A stretch of DNA of 64,000 nt, from positions 32,001 through 96,000 of IMG/VR virus record IMGVR_UViG_3300044611_002466; one strand, given 5' to 3'. Numbering within the stretch: position 1 is the stretch's first letter; every line of letters begins with the position of its first letter. This document shows, one piece after another, positions 27,017 to 36,146 of the stretch. The notes below the pieces were generated by a model, which was not told the DNA's origin, did no database searches, and saw only the letters and a program-made list of their open reading frames with translations. A program made the translations under genes and the position numbers. The stretch comes from a virus.

Positions 27017-30000
27017 ATGGCATCCGAAAACCGCGTTGGTGTGGAAGTCACGCAGACCATCTCCGAGAAGGCCACCGTCCCCGTCCTGCCCTCGCTGGTT
27101 CCGGCGGTGGTCGGGGTGTGTCGCCAGATCGTGGAGACCACAGACAAGGACGGCGCCCTGAGCGCGGATGCCAAGTACCCGAGCGGTCGGTACAACCAGG
27201 CATCGTTGTACATCCCGCAGGCAGACTTCCCCAACCCGCGAGACAACATCGACGAGCTCAACATCGACGAGGGCACTGTCGGTGTCTCCCTCTACTTCGG
27301 TGGTCAGCTGCGCGAGCTCGACCGCGGAAGCAACGACGCCTACGGGTCGGCGCTGCTCAAGCTGGTGAACCTGAGCCGCGCTGCTGCCTTCCAGACGTCC
27401 GAGGAAGCCAGCTTCGCGTTCGACGCGACGGTGGGGAACCCCATCACGATCGCCTTCGACGTGGTGAACCCGGAGAACGTGTCCTCGGACATCACGATCA
27501 CCTTTGTGGGGACGCTGACGGTGTCCGAGGTGGTCGCCCGCTTCAACGAGGTCGTCGGAGCGACCGTCGCCACCGTCGTGGGTAGTGTCATGCAGGTGAC
27601 CTCCCCGACGTTCGGTGCGACCTCCAGCATCACGGTGCGCGCGGGCTCTTCGGCCTTGCCGATCCTCTTCGGGTCGTCCTTCAGTGCAGAGCTCGAGCAC
27701 CGCGTCGTCGGGGCCGGTTTCCACGGCCAGGACGACGCAGACGGCGACCTTGTCACTCCCTGGATCGAGTTCTCCCGCGGTGGCTACTTCACGAAGGACT
27801 CGAGCGGGGTGACCACGACCGTGTCCTCGTTCCCGGTGTCGCCGACGTCCAACGTGATGTGGGTGGGCCAGGTGGACCTCGACGGCACCTTCAACACCGC
27901 GAAGGCCGCCGCCGTCTCCTACACAGGCACGTCCGCTACCGTGCCCCTGCGTGCTGCGACCGCATCGATCCCCGGGGACCAGATGTGGGCCGGCGGTGCC
28001 CAGGTCGGCAGCGGCGAGATCATCAAGGTCGAGGCCAGTCGGTTCAAGATCGGCAAGCTCAACAACTCGCTGTCGACCTTCGATGAAGACGGCGCCCCGG
28101 TGAACCGCGTCTACGACACGGTCGAGGTGAACACCGAGAACCACGGGACGCCGTTCGCCCCCAAGTACGCCTATTTCCGGGCCCTCGGGCTTGCCTACGG
28201 GAGCATCACCCCGGAGGGCGAGGCCGCCACTCTCACAGGTGGGAACGCGGGCCTGGATGAGCGCCCTGCCATCGTCCAGAGCTCGACGGACATCACGTTC
28301 CCGCTGAGCCCCGCCAGCCTCACCCTCAACTTCCAGGTCACCGAGGATGGGATCGAGGGAGACGAGGTGACCTACACGTTCGCCGGCGGCCCCTACGCCA
28401 ACATCGCTGCGCTGGTGGCGCTGCTCGCCGCCGCCGACGAGTTCAGCCAGATCACCGTCGGCAACCAGGGGAATCGGCTCGTGCTCAGCACCACGAAGAG
28501 TGGTGCGGATCAGAGCATCTCGATCAAGACGACGGGTACCGCGAACACCGCGCTCAAGTTCTCCACCTCCGCTGCGACTGCCGATGTCGGCAAGGACGTC
28601 GAGTTCGCCACGCAGGCGGTGCTGGAGAGCGACGTCTTCGCGCTCCCGATGGCGGCGGAGACGTCGCTCGTGTTCGGGCTCACGGTCGAGGACTCGAAGG
28701 GCGTTCACACCGTGACGTCGGACGCGGTGACCCTCGCGTCTGTCACCAACTTCACGACGCTCATCGACGCGATCTGCGAGGCCTTCGGCTCGGCCAACGG
28801 CACCACGGACCCGACCATCTACGATGGCGGCATCGCCATCGCGACGCTGAGTTCCTCCGGCGGGACCGACACCACGGGCACGCTCACGATCACCACGATC
28901 GAGGGCGGCAGTGCCGTGTCTCTGGAGTTGCTGGCTGTCGATGAGACGGACGGGTGGCGCTTCCTTGGTTTCCACGACGACACCGGCGGTACCTCCGCGG
29001 TGCTCGACTCGGGCGGCGGCGTCACGGACTTCGTCGACCTCGCCGGCCTCTGGGTGATCGCCGGCACCAGCGGCTTCAGCCTGGAGATCATCGGCGGCGT
29101 GAACGCCTTCTCCGTGGCGGACATCACCATCCCGGCGGCGACCTACGATGCGACCCAGCTGGCGACCGCGATGCAGGTCGCCATTCGGACCGCCATCGGC
29201 GGCAGCGCGACTGTCACGGTCGCGTGGGTCGACGCTGGGTACTTCCTGGTCACCGCACCTGGTGCGTCGGACATCACCATCGCCCCGCGGGGAGCTGGGA
29301 CGGATCGCAGCGCGTCGATCTTCGGGAGCGCCCCGGTCGGCGCGGCCACCACCTGGACCGGCTCTGCGCCCACGCAGACCCGACTCACGATCGAGCTGAC
29401 CGTCGCCTACAACGGCACCGAGGACGTCATCACCGGCCTCGCCACCTACGCGATGGCCGCCGCGGCAGACGCAGAGGCGCTTGCAGAGCTGCTCAACGCG
29501 TCGACCGACTTCTCCGGGCACACCGTCGCGGGAGAGCGGCTGGTGGAGTGGTTCTCCGCCGACAACGACGTGGTGTCCGTCCGCTCTATCAAGGGCGGTG
29601 CCCTCGCCTCCATCGAGTACGCGGCTGCGCAGCCCGGTCTTGTGGCCATCGGCTTCGACGCCGGCGGTCTGAGCGACAACGGCGCAGCGCTGGGCGGCAA
29701 CTCCGACAGCATCGGAGAGGACGGCCTGAAGAGCACCGCGCTGCTCTTCAGCCTCGACGACAATCCGTACGAGTACGAGATCACCTTCGACAGCAACTCC
29801 CTCATGGACGCCATCGGTCTCATCAACGAGGCCGTCGACGGCTCTGACGACGTGGCCACCGAGGGTGAGGGCGTGCTCGTGTTGACGAGCTTGCTCGCTG
29901 GCGCGGCGAGCAAGGTCTCCATCAACTCCGAGGATGGCAGCGCGGCGGCTGTTCTCGGCCTCTCGGGCACCGACGAGGGCGCCGGCCGGCCGAACCCCGA

Positions 30001-31504
30001 CTTCTACCTGGACGGGGACGGCGCGATCCACGTCGGCCCGAACATCCTGCGCAACAAGAGCTCCGGCATCCCGTTCTCGCTCGCGTCGGCGCTCGCAGAC
30101 ATCTACGTGTCGTACACCGCGCTGCGTAGCGATGTGACCGCCTCCGCGGTGGCCCCGTCGCTGCTGGCCTTCAGCGACGTCGCCACTCTGGAAGCCAGCA
30201 TCGGTCCCATCAGCACCAACAACCCCCTGGCGTTGGGCACCTTCCTCGCCATGGTCAACTGCCCGACCTACCAAGTCAGCGCGCTCGGTGTCGACGAGGC
30301 GAGTGCGGCGGCCCCGTTCGGTACCCTGGATGGCTGGAGCCGCGCGATCGGGTTCCTGGAGAGCAAGGAGATCTACGCGCTGGCTCCGCTCACCGATGAC
30401 GAGTACGTCCAGGGGCTCCTGGCCACTCACGTGCTCGCGATGAGCGCCCCGACTGAGCGCGGTGAGCGCATCCTGCTCATCTGGCAGCCCATCCCCTCGC
30501 GGGCGGACACCATCACGGTGTCCAGCGGGGAGGACGGCGCGACGAACGGGACGAGCAACTCCTTCACCCTCGGGTCGAACCCGAACTCCGACCTCCTCGC
30601 CAACGACATCGACCCGACCGATGCGATCGAGGTGAGCGAGAACCTCTACCTCGAGCTGGTGGTCGCCAGTTCCGGTGCCACGGAGCTGCGGCGCTACTCG
30701 GTGTCGGAGGTCAATGGCGTGGTCCTCACGCTGCGCACGACCTTCGCCACCGACGAGAACGTGGATGGGTTCTTCACGACGGCGACGCTCAGCGAGGATC
30801 TCTCCGCGGTCGACTACTCGCTGAAGATCCGCGGGGCCGAGCTGCTCATCGCCGGGACCGCCATCCCCGACCTCTCGGCGCGAGCCGCCGCGGCCGCCTC
30901 GGCGGCAACCCCGTACGCCAGCAGGCGTGTCTACCTGCTGGCCTGCGAGGCGGTCGACACCAGCATCGACGGCGTGACGCAGAAGGTCGAGGGCTTCTAC
31001 GCCGCCGCGGCGGTGGCGGGCATGGTTGCCCAGCAGGCCCCGCAGCAGCCCTTCACCCACTTCCCGATTGGCGGAATCGGGAAGGTGTACGGCACCGATG
31101 ACACGTACAGCGAGCGACAGCTCGACGTCGTCGCGGACGGTGGCAGGTACGTGCTGGTGAACATGGGAGGCGCGGTGGTCTCCCGCAAGCAGCTCTCGAC
31201 CTCCACCACCAGCATCCAGAGCATGGAGATGTCGATCACCCGTGCGATCGACTACCTCGCCAAGGCCCTTCGCCTGACCCTCCGGGTCTTCATCGGGCGT
31301 TCCAACATCTCGTCCGGCTTCCTGGACCAGGTCACGATGGCGATCGAGGGGGCCCTCGACTACCACGAGAACCAGAAGGTGGTCAACAAGGCGGAGCTCA
31401 AGGAGCTCCTTCAGGATGAGAACCGCCCCGACACCGTGATCATCGAGGTGGAGGTCGAAGTGGCCTACCCCTGCAACAAGATCAAGGTCACCATCGTCTC
31501 CTGA
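27017..31504 (+). CDS. Tail sheath protein with large repeated-domain insertion (1495 aa)
   Basis: N-terminal RVGVEVTQ..VPAVVG and C-terminal EVEVAYPCNKIKVTI sheath motifs; followed by tube. Confidence 0.85.
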   Translation: MASENRVGVEVTQTISEKATVPVLPSLVPAVVGVCRQIVETTDKDGALSADAKYPSGRYNQASLYIPQADFPNPRDNIDELNIDEGTVGVSLYFGGQLRELDRGSNDAYGSALLKLVNLSRAAAFQTSEEASFAFDATVGNPITIAFDVVNPENVSSDITITFVGTLTVSEVVARFNEVVGATVATVVGSVMQVTSPTFGATSSITVRAGSSALPILFGSSFSAELEHRVVGAGFHGQDDADGDLVTPWIEFSRGGYFTKDSSGVTTTVSSFPVSPTSNVMWVGQVDLDGTFNTAKAAAVSYTGTSATVPLRAATASIPGDQMWAGGAQVGSGEIIKVEASRFKIGKLNNSLSTFDEDGAPVNRVYDTVEVNTENHGTPFAPKYAYFRALGLAYGSITPEGEAATLTGGNAGLDERPAIVQSSTDITFPLSPASLTLNFQVTEDGIEGDEVTYTFAGGPYANIAALVALLAAADEFSQITVGNQGNRLVLSTTKSGADQSISIKTTGTANTALKFSTSAATADVGKDVEFATQAVLESDVFALPMAAETSLVFGLTVEDSKGVHTVTSDAVTLASVTNFTTLIDAICEAFGSANGTTDPTIYDGGIAIATLSSSGGTDTTGTLTITTIEGGSAVSLELLAVDETDGWRFLGFHDDTGGTSAVLDSGGGVTDFVDLAGLWVIAGTSGFSLEIIGGVNAFSVADITIPAATYDATQLATAMQVAIRTAIGGSATVTVAWVDAGYFLVTAPGASDITIAPRGAGTDRSASIFGSAPVGAATTWTGSAPTQTRLTIELTVAYNGTEDVITGLATYAMAAAADAEALAELLNASTDFSGHTVAGERLVEWFSADNDVVSVRSIKGGALASIEYAAAQPGLVAIGFDAGGLSDNGAALGGNSDSIGEDGLKSTALLFSLDDNPYEYEITFDSNSLMDAIGLINEAVDGSDDVATEGEGVLVLTSLLAGAASKVSINSEDGSAAAVLGLSGTDEGAGRPNPDFYLDGDGAIHVGPNILRNKSSGIPFSLASALADIYVSYTALRSDVTASAVAPSLLAFSDVATLEASIGPISTNNPLALGTFLAMVNCPTYQVSALGVDEASAAAPFGTLDGWSRAIGFLESKEIYALAPLTDDEYVQGLLATHVLAMSAPTERGERILLIWQPIPSRADTITVSSGEDGATNGTSNSFTLGSNPNSDLLANDIDPTDAIEVSENLYLELVVASSGATELRRYSVSEVNGVVLTLRTTFATDENVDGFFTTATLSEDLSAVDYSLKIRGAELLIAGTAIPDLSARAAAAASAATPYASRRVYLLACEAVDTSIDGVTQKVEGFYAAAAVAGMVAQQAPQQPFTHFPIGGIGKVYGTDDTYSERQLDVVADGGRYVLVNMGGAVVSRKQLSTSTTSIQSMEMSITRAIDYLAKALRLTLRVFIGRSNISSGFLDQVTMAIEGALDYHENQKVVNKAELKELLQDENRPDTVIIEVEVEVAYPCNKIKVTIVS

Positions 31505-31528
31505 CCCCCGACCCTCTGCGGAGCCCAC

Positions 31529-32902
31529 ATGTCGACCGTCGCGAAGTGCCTTTCCAACGCCCCCTCCTACACCCGGCGCTACGTGGACACGTTCGCCACG
31601 CCGAAGCACCGCACGTTCGACGCGCGTGATGCGATCCTCGGCGACGCCCTCCAGATCTCCGAGGAGCGGCCGGACAGCTACTACCCGATGATCACCGACC
31701 TCGCTGAGGAGATCGTCCTCCTGGCCTCGGCCTCTCCCCTCACCGGCCTCGTGATCTCCGGCGCGAACTTCGTCGGCGATGCAGTGCGAGCCTCCGGCAT
31801 CAGCGATGAAGACGGGACCGTCACCACCAAGGAGCTGACCTGGACCCGAGTGGTCCCCGGCGACGAGGACATCACGGTCACCATCGCCTCCTCGGGCGTG
31901 GCGAACAACACCGTGACCTGCTCGTGGAACCCCTCCACCCTGGTCCTCACCGTCACCCGCGGCACCACGGCCACCGCCGATGACGTGTTCACCGCGGTCA
32001 ACTCCGACACGACCGGAAAGTGCATCGTCGACGTGACGAAGACCGGCCTCACCGCCGGCGGCGTACCGACGGCCGGGTCCATCACCCTCACCGGAGGCTC
32101 CGGCAAGCTGCTGACGCTCTCGATCGGCAGCACCGCTCTCGACGGTGGGACCGAAGGCTGCGGCATCACCGCCGTGACCGACAGTGCGATCACCTTCGAC
32201 TTCGACGCCTCGACCGAGACCAGCGGAGCGATGGTCCTCCTGCAGCTCCGCTGCGACGGGGTCTTGGTCACCCCGATCCCGCTCATCGTCGACTTCCCGA
32301 CCGTGACGGTCGCAGACCTGGCCATCACCGCCGCCAAGTTCGCAGTCGGGGCCCTCTCCGCCGACGCCACTGGTCGCGCCGCGATGGCGACCGACTACTT
32401 CAACGCCGCCACCCTCCTCCTCAAGTTCGCGGACGGCTGCTTCGCCGCGGACACCGCCACGCGCGCCCTCTTCGGCGACGGGATCTGGACCTCGGAGAAG
32501 CTCGCCGAGACGACGATCCAGTACGCCGAGATCAGCATCAACTCGGCGGCCATCAAGCAGCTCTTCACCGCCCCCTACACCCTCGTCGCAGGGGTGGCCG
32601 GGAAGGTCGTCGAGTTCCTGAGCGCCACGGTGATGCTCGACTACGGCACGGTCCAGTACGCCACCCAGGGCACCTTGGTGGTCGTCGAGGAGACCTCGAA
32701 CACCGTCATGTCGTTGGACCTCGCGAACACCCTGCTCTACGCTTCCGCGGATCGCGTGAGCACCCTCAAGCCCCTCGCCACCGACGTCGTGCTGACCTCG
32801 GGCAAGGGCCTCAAGCTCGCCTGCAAGACCGCCGACCCGACGGCCGGTGACGGCGTTCTGCGCGTGAAGGTCGCCTACCGCGTCCACACCACCGGGTTCT
32901 AA
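31529..32902 (+). CDS. Virion structural protein (tail/capsid appendage-like)
   Basis: Thr/Gly-rich beta domains; ITAAKFA repeat-type segment; C-terminal ISINSAAIKQL..P.TLVA domain. Confidence 0.6.
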   Translation: MSTVAKCLSNAPSYTRRYVDTFATPKHRTFDARDAILGDALQISEERPDSYYPMITDLAEEIVLLASASPLTGLVISGANFVGDAVRASGISDEDGTVTTKELTWTRVVPGDEDITVTIASSGVANNTVTCSWNPSTLVLTVTRGTTATADDVFTAVNSDTTGKCIVDVTKTGLTAGGVPTAGSITLTGGSGKLLTLSIGSTALDGGTEGCGITAVTDSAITFDFDASTETSGAMVLLQLRCDGVLVTPIPLIVDFPTVTVADLAITAAKFAVGALSADATGRAAMATDYFNAATLLLKFADGCFAADTATRALFGDGIWTSEKLAETTIQYAEISINSAAIKQLFTAPYTLVAGVAGKVVEFLSATVMLDYGTVQYATQGTLVVVEETSNTVMSLDLANTLLYASADRVSTLKPLATDVVLTSGKGLKLACKTADPTAGDGVLRVKVAYRVHTTGF

Positions 32903-32908
32903 GATAAC

Positions 32909-32939
32909 GAAGGGGGCGGGCAGTGTGCCCGCCCCCTTC
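32909..32939. other. Perfect 14-bp hairpin before the tail tube gene
   Basis: GAAGGGGGCGGGCA-GTG-TGCCCGCCCCCTTC, no U-tract. Confidence 0.75.
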
Positions 32940-32976
32940 ACATCGAACATCGCTCCCCAAGCAGGAAGGCAGCATC

Positions 32977-33678
32977 ATGGCGACCGTCTCAAACTGGAGC
33001 CCCTACGACCAGTTCGTCCAGGGGGGTATGGTCGATGGGCGTTACATGAACGCGGCTTACACGCTCATCGCCGCGGGCCCTCCCCGCTTGGCGAACGTGG
33101 GAGGGCCCGCGTTCCTGGCGGCGGCGTTCGCCGCGGGGAGCTCCGCCGCCGATCAGATCGCCTACCCGATCGGGGTGGTGCAGAGCTTCTCTCTTGGCCA
33201 CTCGATGCAGCTCAACAGGTTCTTCGAGCTGGGCTCTGAGCGGAGCTACGTCGTCCCCGGCCGCGTGATGGGCCAGCTCTCGCTGTCGCGCATCATGTAC
33301 CACGGACCCTCGCTGCTGCGCGTCCTCTACGCGTACTACCAGGACCTCGTCCCGAAGACGGTCATTCCGGCCCTGTTCGCGAACGTGGGCGCCGGCACCG
33401 TGGCCAACCCCCACGACGTCGTCATCCCTCCTGGATACGAGAACGTCTACTTGAACCTGGCCTCGGACTTGTTCAAGCAGCCCATGGGACTGCTGACCAT
33501 GTTCAAGGACTCGAACGAGGACACGATGGCCGCGTACTACTTCGAGAGCTCCTACGTCTCGAACCACTCTCTTGCGACCGACGCGATGGGCACGGTCATG
33601 CAGGAGCAGGTGGGCGTCCAGTTCGAGCGCATGATCCCCATCGCTACCAAGGTCGTCGGCCTCATCAGCGGCCTGTAG
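32977..33678 (+). CDS. Tail tube protein
   Basis: IGVVQSFSL..S.QLNRFFELGS...Y.VPG tube motif; downstream of sheath. Confidence 0.8.
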   Translation: MATVSNWSPYDQFVQGGMVDGRYMNAAYTLIAAGPPRLANVGGPAFLAAAFAAGSSAADQIAYPIGVVQSFSLGHSMQLNRFFELGSERSYVVPGRVMGQLSLSRIMYHGPSLLRVLYAYYQDLVPKTVIPALFANVGAGTVANPHDVVIPPGYENVYLNLASDLFKQPMGLLTMFKDSNEDTMAAYYFESSYVSNHSLATDAMGTVMQEQVGVQFERMIPIATKVVGLISGL

Positions 33679-33688
33679 GGGGCCCTGA

Positions 33689-36106
33689 ATGTTGTCCGCC
33701 TCGAGCTCTGCGGGGCATCGCGTCCCCCTACCTCCGCGTGCTGTTGCCGGGGGGCGCATCTTCGCCGAGCTCGGGACCAAGCTCGCGGACCTGATGCCCG
33801 CTCCGACGCAGCCGAGCTCGGCCCTTCGCCCTGGCGTGGAGTTCCGTCCCCACCAGGAGGACGCCATCCAGAAGGCCATGCGGCAGAACGGCAACCTGCT
33901 GCTGAGCCACCCAGTCGGCTCCGGCAAGACGGTCACGGCCATCGGCGCGTTCGAGCGGCTGCGGCAGGCAGGGAGGGCCACGCGGGCCCTCATCGTGACC
34001 CCGGCCTCCCTGCGGAAGAACTTCACCGACGAGGGAGTGCACAAGTTCACGACGGACCACTGCACCGTGTTCGGCAACGCCCAGGAGGTGGCCGCGGGTC
34101 AGGGCCGAGCTCTCGACAACCCGGACCCCGACTCCCGCTACCACGTGGTCAGCTACGACCTCTTCCGCGCGGCCCCCGAGGCGTACATCAAGGCCTCTGG
34201 GGCGGACACCGTCATCTACGACGAGCTCCACAAGATCAAGAACATCGGTGCCACGGGCAAGGCGCTGAAGGACGCCAGGAAGTTCCACCGGAACTTCATC
34301 GGCCTCACGGGCTCCATCGTCAGCAACACCCCTGCCGACCTGGTACCGCTCATCGACGCCATGACGGACGGGAAGCATCACCTGGGCACCAAGGAGAACT
34401 TCGAGCGGAGGTTCATGACCGACGACGGGAAGCTGCAGAACACGCCCATCGTGCGGATGTTGTTGAACCCCTACATCCACCACGTCGACGCCGCGGCGAG
34501 CTCCGGCAACATGCCGGTGAAGGAGACGGAGACCATCAAGGTCGACATGTCCCCCGAGCAGCGCGAGCTCTACCAGTACGTCGTGGGGAGGATGGATCCG
34601 GTCACCGCGCTGAAGTTCCGCTTTGGCACGTCGAAGCTGAAGACCAACGACGTCAACAACATCTTCAACAAGATGACCCAGGCGAGGCAGGTCTCCAACG
34701 CCATCCACACGGTCAACAAGTCGGTGACGCTCTCTGAGAGTGCAGAGCGCTCTCCGAAGATTCGGAAGATCCTGGACGACGTGGAGGACCACCTCAGGGA
34801 CACGCCAGACGGCCAGGTCATCATCTACTCGAACATGATCCACGGCGGCCTCGACGTCATCGGGCAGGGCCTGCGCGACCGCGGCATCGACCACGGGATC
34901 TTCATGGGCAAGGGCCAGCCCGGGTCCACCGAGAAGAGCCGGACGCAGGCGGTCTCGGACTACCAAGCTGGCAAGAAGAAGGTCATCCTCCTCTCCTCCG
35001 CCGGTGGCGAGGGGCTGAACCTCGGCAACACGACCTTCGTGGCCAACGTCGATGGACACTTCAACCCTGAGAAGATCCACCAAGCAGAGGCCCGCGGTGT
35101 GCGCGCCGGCGGGCAGGCCCACCGCGCCCAGGCCGATCGCAAGGTCATCGTCAGGCGCTACGTCACGAGGGTCCCGCTCTCGACGTCGACGGTCCTCAAG
35201 GACACGATGAACCTCGTCGCGCCCAGCCAGATCATCACGCGGGCCCTGGAAGGGCAGCCGGTGTTCTACAACCCCCTGAAGAGGGAGCGGTCTCCGGACG
35301 AGTGGGCTTACGAGGTCGCAGGGCTAAAGGACGAGCGGAACAAGGCTCTCCGCGGCAACCTCGACAAGTCGGCTGAGCAGGTGCCGGACAGCGTCGAGGA
35401 CATGTTGGACCTCCTCGAGGCAGGCGTTGTCGCGCGAGCGGAGGACCGAGCACTGCCGCTGGTGAAGGAGGCCGTTGCGAAGGTGGACCACAAGGAACGG
35501 CGGATGGCCGCCGACCGCATTCCGATGCAACCGCACCGGCTCGTCAAGTCCGACCGCGTCGTGATGAACGCGTACATGAAGGAGTTCTCCCCCCACCTCG
35601 AAGAGGCCACGGACCCGGCCACGGTCGCGCTCCCCGCGGACAAGCAGCTGCGCGAGCAGGAGTACATCGCTGCGCTCCGGGCCTACTACCGGGAGGCAGC
35701 CAAGGGAGGCGGTACCGGACTGTCGAAGGCCACGACAGACGAGGAGCGGAAGAAGGAGGTGTGGCGCAATGCCGCGCTCGCCGGAGGCATCGGAACCGTC
35801 TGGGGCGGTACGCAGGGCACAGTTCAGGCGGTGGCCGGCGGCCTGCCCCTCACACACTCGCTGATGTTTGGCGCGGGGACGGCCGCCCTCCTCGGCGGTA
35901 CCTTCGGTGGCATGACCCTCTGGGATGGGATGCGCAATCCCGCCTACAGCACTCCCGCCACGCGTGCCAGGAAGACCGGCAAGCTGACCGACGCTCAGAT
36001 GGTACAGCTCCTCCGCGGCCTGGAGGTGCAGCAGAAGGAGGAGAAGACCCACCGATTCGCCGTAGGATCCACTCCTCGGGCTACCACTACTACCCTCCCT
36101 TCTTGA
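33689..36106 (+). CDS. SNF2-family helicase/ATPase with K-x-A sites and hydrophobic C-terminal tail
   Basis: FRPHQ, GSGKT, DELH, LTGS, SSAGGEGLNL, QAEARGVR motifs. Confidence 0.9.
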   Translation: MLSASSSAGHRVPLPPRAVAGGRIFAELGTKLADLMPAPTQPSSALRPGVEFRPHQEDAIQKAMRQNGNLLLSHPVGSGKTVTAIGAFERLRQAGRATRALIVTPASLRKNFTDEGVHKFTTDHCTVFGNAQEVAAGQGRALDNPDPDSRYHVVSYDLFRAAPEAYIKASGADTVIYDELHKIKNIGATGKALKDARKFHRNFIGLTGSIVSNTPADLVPLIDAMTDGKHHLGTKENFERRFMTDDGKLQNTPIVRMLLNPYIHHVDAAASSGNMPVKETETIKVDMSPEQRELYQYVVGRMDPVTALKFRFGTSKLKTNDVNNIFNKMTQARQVSNAIHTVNKSVTLSESAERSPKIRKILDDVEDHLRDTPDGQVIIYSNMIHGGLDVIGQGLRDRGIDHGIFMGKGQPGSTEKSRTQAVSDYQAGKKKVILLSSAGGEGLNLGNTTFVANVDGHFNPEKIHQAEARGVRAGGQAHRAQADRKVIVRRYVTRVPLSTSTVLKDTMNLVAPSQIITRALEGQPVFYNPLKRERSPDEWAYEVAGLKDERNKALRGNLDKSAEQVPDSVEDMLDLLEAGVVARAEDRALPLVKEAVAKVDHKERRMAADRIPMQPHRLVKSDRVVMNAYMKEFSPHLEEATDPATVALPADKQLREQEYIAALRAYYREAAKGGGTGLSKATTDEERKKEVWRNAALAGGIGTVWGGTQGTVQAVAGGLPLTHSLMFGAGTAALLGGTFGGMTLWDGMRNPAYSTPATRARKTGKLTDAQMVQLLRGLEVQQKEEKTHRFAVGSTPRATTTTLPS

Positions 36107-36146
36107 GGGACATCGCCGACGGGCGCGTCGAGTTACAGGGAGGCCC

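Noticed and set aside
26171-32950. 2259-aa - strand ORF, and other long antisense ORFs (14327-16915, 16542-18395, 1209-2909, 43712-45460, 50776-52824)
   Set aside because: Shadow frames of real high-GC genes on the opposite strand; no motifs, and composition typical of antisense translation
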